From positions 1,408,001 to 1,472,000 of the forward strand of contig OY970280.1 in assembly GCA_963715865.1 (NCBI GenBank): DNA of 64,000 bases. The letters run 5' to 3'. Origin of the DNA: Candidatus Bathyarchaeota archaeon. Lineage in GTDB: Archaea; Thermoproteota; Bathyarchaeia; Bathyarchaeales; Bathycorpusculaceae. This document shows positions 48,454-57,726 of this stretch, piece after piece. Made by a program: the position numbers and the translations under genes. The stretch's first letter is position 1; each line of letters opens with the position of its first letter. The notes beneath the pieces are model-generated. The model was not told the origin of the DNA. It did not search any database and saw nothing but the letters and a program-made list of their open reading frames with translations.

Positions 48454-50538
48454 TCAAGTATACTGTTGGGCTGTTTTCTCAGTTATAGTACCTTTAGTAT
48501 ACGGTACAAATTCCCTGATCTGTTCAATCGACGTTTTTCCAGTTTTCTCCCGTTGCTCCTTCGGTAGCTTCAACATTAGAGACTTGAGAATTTGTTTCAA
48601 AAGCTCCTTTCCTGCTAAATCGCCAGGCACAAGGACAACGTAAGTTTTGGTTTTTGCTTTCACTGCATCCACAGGTCCACCAACAAAACATGTTTCCTCA
48701 TCAACAATTGTTCCAACGGCAAGTTTAAGCGGCACACTTCGCATCCAGTTGCGTTTGCCAACAACCGCGAAAGCACCATGAGGAACAGATTCTCCTGAAG
48801 GACCACTTTTGCTTAACTGGTCCAGTTTGACCCAGTAAACATCGGCTGAACCAGCATTTTCACGCCAAGCCCGCGAAAAAGACGCCGCAAACTCGCCAGC
48901 TTCACGAAGCGTTTGCTCACTTATGGTTTTGCCTTCAGATTTAACAACCACAAATGGTGCGCCTGAGATTTCAGCGTGAAAAACCACGTCTTCTTGCTTA
49001 GTGTACTTTTTTATGAGCACTTCGTTGCTGACTGTGTCTTTGCCAGCAACCACCAAAAAGTCGTCAGAAGAGGTAAACCAACGGAATTTTTCGTACCACT
49101 CCTTACTCTCCCTCTCCAGCTTACGTTTAGAGAGCGCTTCAATAATTTCCGCTGGCTTGAGACTTTTCAACTCTTCCGCTTCACGTAACTCTTTCTCAAT
49201 TTTAGCTAACTTTTTCTTTGAATCCTCAAGCGCTGTTAATGCGCCAGCGGATTTTTGCTTCGCCTTTTTTCCGCGTTCATAATATTCTGAAGCATTATCG
49301 AAAAGCGAATGCCGCAAGGTAATGCTAAACTGCAAGTCCTCTATGAAAAGGTTAAGCGCGAGGTTGCGTCCATCAAACGATTCAATGTAAACTTCAGGTA
49401 TTTTGCCAGTTTTTTTAGCAGCTAAGGTTTCAGCGATGAGACTGTTCCAGTCTTTGCCTGCCATGTTTGCATTCAGAAGCTTGTCTTGGAATGTTTGAAG
49501 TTCGTTGAAGTGAGCATAAATGGTATCGCCAATTAGTTTGTCGCGTTCTGCTTTGGCTTCATCCTCATGTATGGATTTTTCTTGTTCAGCAATAACTCTT
49601 TTTAGCCGTTCTGCTTCCTGCTTTAACTTGTCAACTTCAACGCTGGCAAGTGCACTTTCAGCCGCCGTTACCCGAAGGTAAAACTCGTCTAACGCTTGAT
49701 TAAAACTGCTGTAACCTTGAGTTTTGAAGCCTTCATAACGCTTAAGCTTGAAAGGCACAACATCCAAGAAGCTTCCATCTTCGTCGAGAATTATACTTGG
49801 TTCCAAATTGCCCGTTGCAACTTTTGAAAGCAGACTTTGAAGAGCATCAAAAATCCCCTTAATTTCCATATCTGTTAAGTTTTTGCACGGCTTAGCTTTA
49901 TCCACGTTAGCTCTAAGCAAAACTTCTTCAGCGTAAACTCCACCGATGCCTAAGAAACGCGCTGTTACCCTGACAACCTCAACTTCACCCGCATTTTTCA
50001 AGGCTTCCTCCAATTCAGGTAGGGAAACTTTGAAGGGGTTTTTGCCGCTTGGAGGGGGAAATGCTAAGACTTCATTGCGCAAAATGTTGCGGTCACGCAT
50101 GCGCTTAAAGAATAAAGCCTGCAAAATCATGTTTTTCTCGTTTGTTAAGATTATGTTGCCTTCGCCGAAAAGCTCCACAACAAGCTTTAGCAACCCTTCT
50201 TTGGTCTTAAAACTCAACGTTACAATTCTTTCAAACTCATATTGCTCAATGCCACTTACCCATGCTCCTCGCAAATACTTTCTTAATGCCATGCAAAATG
50301 CTGGCGGGACATTTGGGTTTTCCTGCGCATAAACGGTTAAGTGTATTCTTCTGCCGGCTTCTGTAACTAGTCTTATTGGCGGTAGGTCAATTTTGTGAAG
50401 CTTGAAAATCAGCGTTTTCTCGTTGAGCTGGTAGATGTTGTTCACTCTGGAATCAGCGATTGTTGCTTTTAATTCTTGGATTGCTGCGGTAATGTCGAAG
50501 CTTGTGAATTCTTTTTTGCGCAATGCTTGCACCGTCAT
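48454..50538 (-). CDS. rqcH: Ribosome rescue factor Rqc2/RqcH (NFACT family)
   Basis: F.M.LRKYL, ERI, ELFGEGNIIL, WYEKFRWF, GKD..SNE, FHAE..GAP. Confidence 0.9.
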   Translation of the reverse strand: MTVQALRKKEFTSFDITAAIQELKATIADSRVNNIYQLNEKTLIFKLHKIDLPPIRLVTEAGRRIHLTVYAQENPNVPPAFCMALRKYLRGAWVSGIEQYEFERIVTLSFKTKEGLLKLVVELFGEGNIILTNEKNMILQALFFKRMRDRNILRNEVLAFPPPSGKNPFKVSLPELEEALKNAGEVEVVRVTARFLGIGGVYAEEVLLRANVDKAKPCKNLTDMEIKGIFDALQSLLSKVATGNLEPSIILDEDGSFLDVVPFKLKRYEGFKTQGYSSFNQALDEFYLRVTAAESALASVEVDKLKQEAERLKRVIAEQEKSIHEDEAKAERDKLIGDTIYAHFNELQTFQDKLLNANMAGKDWNSLIAETLAAKKTGKIPEVYIESFDGRNLALNLFIEDLQFSITLRHSLFDNASEYYERGKKAKQKSAGALTALEDSKKKLAKIEKELREAEELKSLKPAEIIEALSKRKLERESKEWYEKFRWFTSSDDFLVVAGKDTVSNEVLIKKYTKQEDVVFHAEISGAPFVVVKSEGKTISEQTLREAGEFAASFSRAWRENAGSADVYWVKLDQLSKSGPSGESVPHGAFAVVGKRNWMRSVPLKLAVGTIVDEETCFVGGPVDAVKAKTKTYVVLVPGDLAGKELLKQILKSLMLKLPKEQREKTGKTSIEQIREFVPYTKGTITEKTAQQYT

Positions 50539-50694
50539 ACATTGAATCTATTATGGACTTGACTATAAAATAACCCTTTCACTAAAACATCGCAAAGGGC
50601 TAATGAATAGGATTTGGAAGGCAGAAACGATTAATATCTAGGCATCTTTTTTAAGTAAGAAGAAAAATATAATCTGCCAAGGATTAGATACGAC

Positions 50695-50991
50695 ATGACA
50701 CCAGTGAAACAGCTATACATCATAAGAATCGTGTTAGGCATAATTGCAGCGGCTTTAAGTGCAGTGGTAGCTTTTCTGATGGGTACTGCGGGTGGTATTG
50801 ACATTTTTGTTGATAGTTTAACGGTAGCCTTAATGGTTTACTTAGTATCCTATTATATTCTGAAAGCAGCATACAAAAACAAGATAGAAAAGCAATCAAA
50901 AATCTTGAGCACAGCCATAGGGATGTACTTTTTCACTTGGATAACATTCTTAATCCTATTCTACACAACAATAATAAAAGTATTCGTGTGA
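50695..50991 (+). CDS. Small three-TM hypothetical protein
   Basis: Hydrophobic segments. Confidence 0.6.
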   Translation: MTPVKQLYIIRIVLGIIAAALSAVVAFLMGTAGGIDIFVDSLTVALMVYLVSYYILKAAYKNKIEKQSKILSTAIGMYFFTWITFLILFYTTIIKVFV

Positions 50992-51000
50992 GCTTAAAAT

Positions 51001-51459
51001 TTATTCATCTTCGCTTTTCTGCAGAAAATTCGCGATTGTAGCTTGGCTCTTGTCGCTTCTCAGGGTTTCTATTTTTTCCTCTTCAGCAGCTTTGTCATTA
51101 CCGTTTTGTGTGCTTGGAATGTCCATGCGTGTTACAATGCGCATGCAGTCTGCCCAAGCTGAGAAGTATCCGCGGTCAAAATCTCCATGCAAGCCGTTGC
51201 GCATGTGTTCGAGAAATTCTTTTCTGTAAGCATGCAAAGTTACTTTATCGCTTAAGTCTAGTTTTGAAAATAATGCGTAGTCATCAGTATTATTTCTGCG
51301 TGAAAGAAGCATTCCGTATAATGCTCGGAAGTATCCTCTGTTCCACTCTGTTTTTTGCATTTTTTGCTTAAGTCGTTCCAACTCCCGCTCAGCTTCCGTG
51401 AATTGTCTGTTAACTATGAGTTGGAAGTACCGTGTGACTAAGACTTGTGGTATTGGCAT
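51001..51459 (-). CDS. Hypothetical protein downstream of radA
   Basis: 152-aa ORF, co-oriented with radA. Confidence 0.6.
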   Translation of the reverse strand: MPIPQVLVTRYFQLIVNRQFTEAERELERLKQKMQKTEWNRGYFRALYGMLLSRRNNTDDYALFSKLDLSDKVTLHAYRKEFLEHMRNGLHGDFDRGYFSAWADCMRIVTRMDIPSTQNGNDKAAEEEKIETLRSDKSQATIANFLQKSEDE

Positions 51460-51462
51460 GTT

Positions 51463-52521
51463 TTAGCGTCCACGAGATTTAGTTGCTTTCTCTTCCTCAG
51501 AGACATCTTCTATTCCGTTTTCGGTTACTTTAAGTATTTCCTCTCCTTCAGGCAAATATGGGCTTGAAACTAGCCTTGCAATTCGTATTGGTCCATGAGG
51601 TGCTTTTCGGAGGTAGATGCGTGTGTGGCTTGTGTGGCCGACGATGTTTCCACCGATTGGGTGGATTGCGTCGCCGAAGAATTGGTCTGGTTTAGCCATT
51701 ACTTGGTTGGTTACGACTGCTACAGCGTTGAATGCTCTGGCTAAACCGATTAGTTTGTGCATGTGCTTGTTGAGTTTCTGTTGTCTTGGTGCTAACATTT
51801 CTCTTCCAATGTATTCGCTTCTGAAGTGCCCAGTTAAGGAATCTACTATGATTAGTTTAATGTTGTTTGCTTTGATTATTTCATCAGCTCTCTCTAAAAG
51901 GAACATTTGGTGGTCTGAAGTGTATGCTTCAGCGTAAATGATGTTTCTTACAACTTGTTCAGGGTCTAAGCCTAAGTGTTTAGACATTTGCACTATGCGC
52001 TCAAGCCTGAAAGTGTTTTCTGTGTCCACGTATAATGCTGCACCGTTGAGTCCACCTCGTTCCGGAGGTAACTGGACGTTTACGCAAAGTTGATGGCATA
52101 TTTGGCTTTTTCCACTGCCATACTCACCGTAAAATTCTGTAATGGTTTGGGTTTCTAAGCCACCGTCAACGATTTTGTCTAAGGCTTTGCTGCCTGTGCT
52201 TAATCGTAAAACGGTTTGGCGCATTTTGAAAAGTTCATCTGCTCGGACGAAGGAAATTCCAATGGATGAGCGTGCTGCTTCTATGATTTGGAAAGCCTTT
52301 TTTTCGCTTACTCCAACTGGTTCTAGTTCTCGCGCTGTCGCCATGGCTAATGATTCCACAGCGTGATAGCCGAGTTCTCGGAGTTTTTGGGCTGTGGCTG
52401 GTCCAACTCCTGGGAGGTCTTCTATGAACTCGTATTTTTTCTTGCCTGATTCAGTTTCAGGTTCTGTTTCGGTTTCTGTTTCTGTTTCTTTTTGGTTTTC
52501 AACGTCTGCAGCGTCAGTCAT
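51463..52521 (-). CDS. radA: DNA repair and recombination protein RadA
   Basis: LPGVGPAT HhH, GEYGSGKSQ, YVDTENTFR.ER, IVDSLT.HFRSEY.GR, TNQV. Confidence 0.97.
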   Translation of the reverse strand: MTDAADVENQKETETETETEPETESGKKKYEFIEDLPGVGPATAQKLRELGYHAVESLAMATARELEPVGVSEKKAFQIIEAARSSIGISFVRADELFKMRQTVLRLSTGSKALDKIVDGGLETQTITEFYGEYGSGKSQICHQLCVNVQLPPERGGLNGAALYVDTENTFRLERIVQMSKHLGLDPEQVVRNIIYAEAYTSDHQMFLLERADEIIKANNIKLIIVDSLTGHFRSEYIGREMLAPRQQKLNKHMHKLIGLARAFNAVAVVTNQVMAKPDQFFGDAIHPIGGNIVGHTSHTRIYLRKAPHGPIRIARLVSSPYLPEGEEILKVTENGIEDVSEEEKATKSRGR

Positions 52522-52665
52522 TACGTTTCACACTTTAAAGATGATGTGATATTTGGGCTATTTAAAACAAGCGAAAAACAGGATTATTTGCTAAGTGGAG
52601 GGGTAAGTGAAAGTGAACCAGTTTTAAGTTTGAATTCGCAAAGAATTAGCGTTGAAGAATTGTTA

Positions 52666-52713
52666 GTCAAGAAATCTTGACTAAAAATTCACGTTTAGTC
52701 AAGGAATGTTGAC
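52666..52713. promoter_or_regulatory. Tandem palindromic sites GTCAAG-AAAT-CTTGAC (52666) and GTCAAG-GAAT-GTTGAC (52698)
   Basis: Read directly; upstream of the small surface-protein gene. Confidence 0.5.
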
Positions 52714-52761
52714 AAGAAGTCTTTTATCCGTGAAATCAGCCCAGTAAAAAACGGTGAAAAA

Positions 52762-53172
52762 ATGAGGGAAATTGCCACTCTGCTGCTTGTTTTAGTCTTG
52801 GTTATGACGTCTTGCGTAGCCTTGCCTTCATCGGTTAAAGCTATTTCCGGAACCATTACTGTTCCTGAAGAAACGCTTACCACAAGTTCACCAGCAAATC
52901 CCGCTCCCAACCTTACACCAAGCCCAACACCGAATTCGTCACAGTCCCCACAGCTGACTCCCCAGCAAGGAACACAGCAGTCACAGCCCACCCCAACTGT
53001 AAAGCCATCTCCCTTTCCATCACCATTCATAATAGCTGCCTCTATAGTAGCTTTGGTGGCGGTGTTTGGCATAATTCTGTCGCTCTGCCTTAGAAAACGG
53101 GGCAAAACTAAAACTGTGAGAAACACAACTGGCGAACGCTTCTGGGTCATCGACTGTTATGGTCACCGCTAG
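52762..53172 (+). CDS. Small surface protein: signal peptide, P/S/T/Q linker and TM anchor only
   Basis: Composition of the translated ORF. Confidence 0.6.
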   Translation: MREIATLLLVLVLVMTSCVALPSSVKAISGTITVPEETLTTSSPANPAPNLTPSPTPNSSQSPQLTPQQGTQQSQPTPTVKPSPFPSPFIIAASIVALVAVFGIILSLCLRKRGKTKTVRNTTGERFWVIDCYGHR

Positions 53173-53206
53173 TTTGCTGGTTTATTTTAAGAAACGTAAA
53201 AATTAG

Positions 53207-53488
53207 TTATTCTTTACATTCTTTGAGGCTACGAAGTTCATCCACTGTCTTGTTCAGTAAGGCTGTGTCCTTAAACGATTTAATGGCAGAAACTGGCAAA
53301 CAAACTACCACTTTGCCGAGATAAGGCCTTTTGAACCCCAGCTTCTTCGTAGCTTCATCAGTTAAACCAACATAAAAATTCGTTACCTGCCAAGTATTCA
53401 TGTCCAGTTCAGCACTTTCCACTTCGCCCAGCAAAACCGCGTCAGAAGTGAAAGCTTTTTTCCAAAATAACCTGCTAATTTCAACCAT
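53207..53488 (-). CDS. PRC-barrel domain protein
   Basis: AFTSDAVLLGEV...LD..TWQV...V pattern. Confidence 0.75.
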   Translation of the reverse strand: MVEISRLFWKKAFTSDAVLLGEVESAELDMNTWQVTNFYVGLTDEATKKLGFKRPYLGKVVVCLPVSAIKSFKDTALLNKTVDELRSLKECKE

Positions 53489-53596
53489 ACATAAACCTCA
53501 CCAGTAAATTAGCAAGCGCATCTTATATTTGTTTATTGGAAGAGCTTGCAGAATCCTTTTTAACATTCCAAAAGCAATAGTTATAATGGTAAATTT

Positions 53597-53974
53597 ATGA
53601 CTACTTCGCAAAAAGAAACAACCTACAAGAAACTAACTCCCGAAGAGGAACGCGTCATTGTTCGCAAAAGCACAGAAATGCCCTTCACCGGCAAATACTA
53701 CGCGTTTTGGGAAAAAGGCATCTACGTATGCAAACGCTGCAGAGCACCACTTTACCGCTCAGAAAACAAGTTTGAAGCAAACTGCGGGTGGCCAAGCTTT
53801 GATGAGGAAATTCCAGGCGCAGTTAAACGATTACCTGACCCTGATGGAGTGCGAACTGAAATTCAATGCGCAAACTGCGGCGCCCACTTAGGGCACGTTT
53901 TCATCGGTGAACAATTCACGGAAAAAAACACTCGGCACTGCGTTAACTCAATATCAATGGATTTTCTGAAATAA
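53597..53974 (+). CDS. msrB: Peptide methionine-R-sulfoxide reductase (C-terminus altered by integration)
   Basis: TEMPFTG, CKRC, CGWPSF, CANCGAHLGHVF, RHCVNS. Confidence 0.95.
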   Translation: MTTSQKETTYKKLTPEEERVIVRKSTEMPFTGKYYAFWEKGIYVCKRCRAPLYRSENKFEANCGWPSFDEEIPGAVKRLPDPDGVRTEIQCANCGAHLGHVFIGEQFTEKNTRHCVNSISMDFLK

Positions 53975-54045
53975 ATTCGGAATATACGCATCCGTTTATA
54001 TCAAGCAAACGACATTGTAACAATCAAAAACGGAGGTAAAGAAAA

Positions 54046-55188
54046 ATGAAAAATGAATTTAAAAAAGACAAGGAGTTAGAAAAATGGATTGGACAGCCAA
54101 CAGAGGAATGGCTGAAGAGTTACAGCAAAAAAGCTGTGATCGGGATAGAAAAACGGAACATAGCTTATTATTGTAAATGGATGCAGAAAACAGACGCGAC
54201 GTTAGTGCAGGAATACAAGGACGCAGCGGACAAGGATGAATGGTCGAAAAAGACAGGGGAAAAGCTGATTGAATGGCTTAATCATCTAAAAGCGGAGGGC
54301 TACAGCGTTAACACTGTTCGCGCGTACGTTGCCAGCGTGCGGGCATTCTTCACCAATCAATGTCGATCAGTAAAGATTCAACGCGGTAAAGTTCCGAAGC
54401 AGCAGGTCGCCACAGGCGAACACGAGTTCAGCGTGTTAGAGTTGAGAAAAATGTTCCATTACGCGGACACGCGCGGAAAAGCGATATTGTCAACGGCTGT
54501 TAGTTTAGGTTGGGCAGCAGATGATTTCTTGAATTTCACACGCGTGGAGATGGAAGGTTACGTTAACAAGGCATTAGCGGAGAAAGAGCAGTTTATCGGC
54601 TTCACGCATGTAAGAGGCAAAACAGGCGCAGTCAGCAGAAGTCACTTGACGCCAGAAGCGATTGAAAGTTTAAAGGCTTACCTGGACATCACGGAAAAAA
54701 GCGCAAAGTTTCTCTGGGCGAACGGATCACTCGAAGATCATCTCACAGGCGACACGATCAACAACATCTTACGCGATCTAACGGAGAAAGCGGGAATTGT
54801 AACGATCGGAACAGTTCACTTTCATCTGATACGCAAGTTCACGATGTCCGCGCTGTCAAGTGCAGGGATTGGAGATTGGGACGTTAAGTTTATGATCGGA
54901 AAAGAAGTGCCTGCTGACATACAAACGTATCTCATCAATCGCAAAGAAGTCTTAATGGAAGAGTTTCAGAAAGCTTATCCTAAAATGTCGCTGACAGGCT
55001 ACGCAAACCGCAACCACGACCGAGTAAGCGAGTTAGAAGAGGAAAACAAGAAACTCAAGGAAAACAACGCTTTAATCTGGGCGACGTTAGCGCAGATAGT
55101 CGGAAACAACCCGAAGATGGCTGAAATTCGGAAGGTTATCGAGAGGCAAATTAAAGCGCCAACACCTAAACCTGAAAGAGAGGAATAA
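54046..55188 (+). CDS. Tyrosine recombinase/integrase
   Basis: SAM-like N-domain (YSVNTVRAYVASVRAFF), RGKTG Lys, HLIR, MIGK, TY; GGAGGT RBS. Confidence 0.85.
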   Translation: MKNEFKKDKELEKWIGQPTEEWLKSYSKKAVIGIEKRNIAYYCKWMQKTDATLVQEYKDAADKDEWSKKTGEKLIEWLNHLKAEGYSVNTVRAYVASVRAFFTNQCRSVKIQRGKVPKQQVATGEHEFSVLELRKMFHYADTRGKAILSTAVSLGWAADDFLNFTRVEMEGYVNKALAEKEQFIGFTHVRGKTGAVSRSHLTPEAIESLKAYLDITEKSAKFLWANGSLEDHLTGDTINNILRDLTEKAGIVTIGTVHFHLIRKFTMSALSSAGIGDWDVKFMIGKEVPADIQTYLINRKEVLMEEFQKAYPKMSLTGYANRNHDRVSELEEENKKLKENNALIWATLAQIVGNNPKMAEIRKVIERQIKAPTPKPEREE

Positions 55189-55205
55189 GCCTCTCATCCA
55201 GTTTT

Positions 55206-55412
55206 TTATGCCACACTAATGTGCATTTTTGGTCTGTACCAGTAAAGAGTAATTGGAATGTGGCACTCTACGCAATCGACAATTCTTTCATAAATGGTTC
55301 CTTCAGCTTCTTTAGGTTTCTCTAACGACATGGTTGTATGTTGAGGGTCAGGTGGATAGATTTCGTTCCGATGACCCTCTTGGCAACTAAAAATTATTTT
55401 CTTGGAGGACAT
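55206..55412 (-). CDS. Small Zn-finger protein
   Basis: CQEGH...CVEC. Confidence 0.6.
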   Translation of the reverse strand: MSSKKIIFSCQEGHRNEIYPPDPQHTTMSLEKPKEAEGTIYERIVDCVECHIPITLYWYRPKMHISVA

Positions 55413-56113
55413 ATTTGTTCAACCTGACCATTCTCTTTGTAGCTTTCTCCTTAATTAATTCTATACAACAACTGGGCAGCGTCTGGGCTTCGAACTGGTT
55501 GCGACCCAGCAAGCATGTTAGTGAAAGTCAAGTGAAATTCACTATGGATTCATTATGGAAACGCATGGAAGAAACAGTCGATTCCAGACGCTTTTTCGAC
55601 CTTCGCTTTTCGGACTTGCATGGGAAAACAATGGGAAAATTCAGTCGAAGTAGCGAATCTTCGAAAAAGAGTATCAAACCGACTGGAGCGGAGCGACCTA
55701 CCAAAGGTATTAATGGCGCTTCCTCCAAGATTTTTACGGAACAGTTTGTATCGCCATTCACTATGGAAACTGCTGGTTCGTTTCACTTTCGCTGTTTTGC
55801 ATGGGAAATGCTCATGTCTGTTCGCTGTTTCGACTGGTGTGCTGCCATAGTGTAAGCCATGCTATTATACTGTACGCTGAATACGTCACTCATTACTTTA
55901 GTCGCTTAGACACTACGTTTGCATGTTGAACATGTATGAACCCTTCGCTGCTTCGAACGGAATTAATACGTATTGATGAGAGGTTCGAAGGGAAGTGAGT
56001 AGATTTGCAGAATTGTAGCGATATTTTCGCGTAGTCTGCCACGGATAGGGGGGTCTGTTGTTGAAAAATAATATTTCAAAAACGTTCCCTATCAAGCCAG
56101 CAAACACATAAAA

Positions 56114-57418
56114 TTATCTGTGAAATTCTGCAATGCTGACAATCCATTTACCGTGTTCCGCACGCTTACGCTTAACGTAGCCGTTGTCTTCTAAAGTCGG
56201 CATTATTCGACCGACAGTTGAAGGGTCAACATCCAACGCTTCTGCTATCATTTCCTGATCAGTTTCCCCTCTCTCCTTGAGAAACGACAACATTTTAACC
56301 GCTACGCGCTTTCGACTTTCGCTCTTGAACATCTCTGCGAATTCTAACTCTGCATCCTGCATAAGAACAGCGTCAGTGATCACGGCTTTAACGTCTTCCA
56401 CCGTTACTGTTTCCTTGCCTCTTCGCACCATGTTTAAAACGATCATGTTAACGTAGCGCATGAAGCGACGGAAAATGCCCCTGCTATATTGTGCAACCAA
56501 CGTTAAAGACTCAGCAGCGAACGGATCAAGAGAACCTGCACCGAGCGCTTTCCTGTAAACCTCCAGCATCTCTTCAGGCTTCAAAGGCGTTAACTCCATG
56601 AGCGGGTACATTTTCAGTAAAAAGAACTGCTGCCGCGCTTTAACCAGCTCTTTCTGCAAGAAAACTATAACGTTTGCCTTGTAACCGAAGGCTCGCAGAT
56701 CAGTCCAAAACTCACTAAGCTGGGTTAAATCACGGTTGATTAAACGGACGTCCTTGCGTCCGTAGTCGGGTGTATCGATCAAAAAGGCTTTGCGGTAGTT
56801 CATACGGAACGAATCCTTCATCTCTTCCTTCCAAAACTTGTAAACGCCTGTGTCCCATTTTGGGATTGAAACGTTAAAATCAGGTCTTGTTTCTGTTGTT
56901 GTTATTGTTGAATTCCCGTCTTTCTCAACTTTCTCAACTGTTTTCGGTTCCTGCTTATCATAGAAGCGTCTTAATGCGCTGCTAAAGGCGAACTTTAACG
57001 CTGTTTTTCCCTGCCCCGAGTAGCCCATCACGCCGACAAGCAAGCCTTCAGGAACAGTCTTCAGCAAGGAGAGAAGCTCCTTAGCCTGCCCTGTCCAATA
57101 ATAGCCGTAAACGCCGTCTTCCGCGCGGTTTTTCGATGACCATTCTAATGCAAGCCTCACCTGCTTCTGCACGGCTGTTTCCGCTTTGACTGACCTTCTG
57201 ATAAATCTTCCAACAAATTTTGTCGCTTCCATTCGACCGTTCTTGCATGGAACAGGTTTGAAACAGAGAAGCTTAATGACGCCTCTTTTGCTTGGCACAA
57301 GCGCGTATTGTTCAAGGTAGTCTTTTAAAGGCATCAGAATCCTGCCTTTGTACATGCAAGGAGAGCAATATTTAAGGTAAGAATCGAAAGGGACTTCTAT
57401 AACGCTTTCCTTGCTCAT
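56114..57418 (-). CDS. P-loop AAA+-like ATPase with C-terminal wHTH (candidate replication protein)
   Basis: GYSGQGKT Walker A, AFLID Walker B-like, SRGIFRR lid, QEMIAEALDVDPSTVGRIM..LE..GYV. Confidence 0.75.
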   Translation of the reverse strand: MSKESVIEVPFDSYLKYCSPCMYKGRILMPLKDYLEQYALVPSKRGVIKLLCFKPVPCKNGRMEATKFVGRFIRRSVKAETAVQKQVRLALEWSSKNRAEDGVYGYYWTGQAKELLSLLKTVPEGLLVGVMGYSGQGKTALKFAFSSALRRFYDKQEPKTVEKVEKDGNSTITTTETRPDFNVSIPKWDTGVYKFWKEEMKDSFRMNYRKAFLIDTPDYGRKDVRLINRDLTQLSEFWTDLRAFGYKANVIVFLQKELVKARQQFFLLKMYPLMELTPLKPEEMLEVYRKALGAGSLDPFAAESLTLVAQYSRGIFRRFMRYVNMIVLNMVRRGKETVTVEDVKAVITDAVLMQDAELEFAEMFKSESRKRVAVKMLSFLKERGETDQEMIAEALDVDPSTVGRIMPTLEDNGYVKRKRAEHGKWIVSIAEFHR

Positions 57419-57726
57419 GTCGCTTGTCCCTTCACCGTTACGATCATGCTCGGCAACGTTTTTAACGCTTCCAGCTTCTGTACGTATTCTTTTGCAGCCG
57501 TCGTTAGCAACGCATTAACTAACTGCTCAACGCTTACGCCTGCAAGCTCTGCTAACCGCGCGTACGGCTTGTATAAGGAAGAGGGCAGATCAAGGACAGG
57601 CACAAGCGGAACAAGAATAGCGTCAGGATTTGAACAAACGCAAGCAGCAGCGTCGGCTGGAGGCTTACGCTGGTATTCCTTACCGCACCTGGGACATCGC
57701 CCGAACATTATTATTTTAACCTTCAT
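57415..57726 (-). CDS. Zn finger + ribbon-helix-helix-like protein
   Basis: CPRCG...CVC, then ARLAELAGVSVEQLVNALL; AGGAG RBS; overlaps the ATPase start. Confidence 0.65.
   Translation of the reverse strand: MKVKIIMFGRCPRCGKEYQRKPPADAAACVCSNPDAILVPLVPVLDLPSSLYKPYARLAELAGVSVEQLVNALLTTAAKEYVQKLEALKTLPSMIVTVKGQAT

Noticed and set aside
52445-52500. GTTTCT-type tandem repeats
   Set aside because: They encode the acidic ETETETE N-terminal extension of RadA; ordinary low complexity.
52695-53150. 151-aa minus-strand ORF
   Set aside because: Antisense to the signal/linker/TM gene, whose composition is more coherent.
55415-55855. Several overlapping 76-146 aa ORFs
   Set aside because: No motifs, RBS or coupling; none can be preferred, so treated as probably non-coding.
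56114-57418. Zot/pI-like ATPase implying an inovirus
   Set aside because: It has a C-terminal wHTH and no TM segment, unlike pI. Kept as a candidate replication protein.
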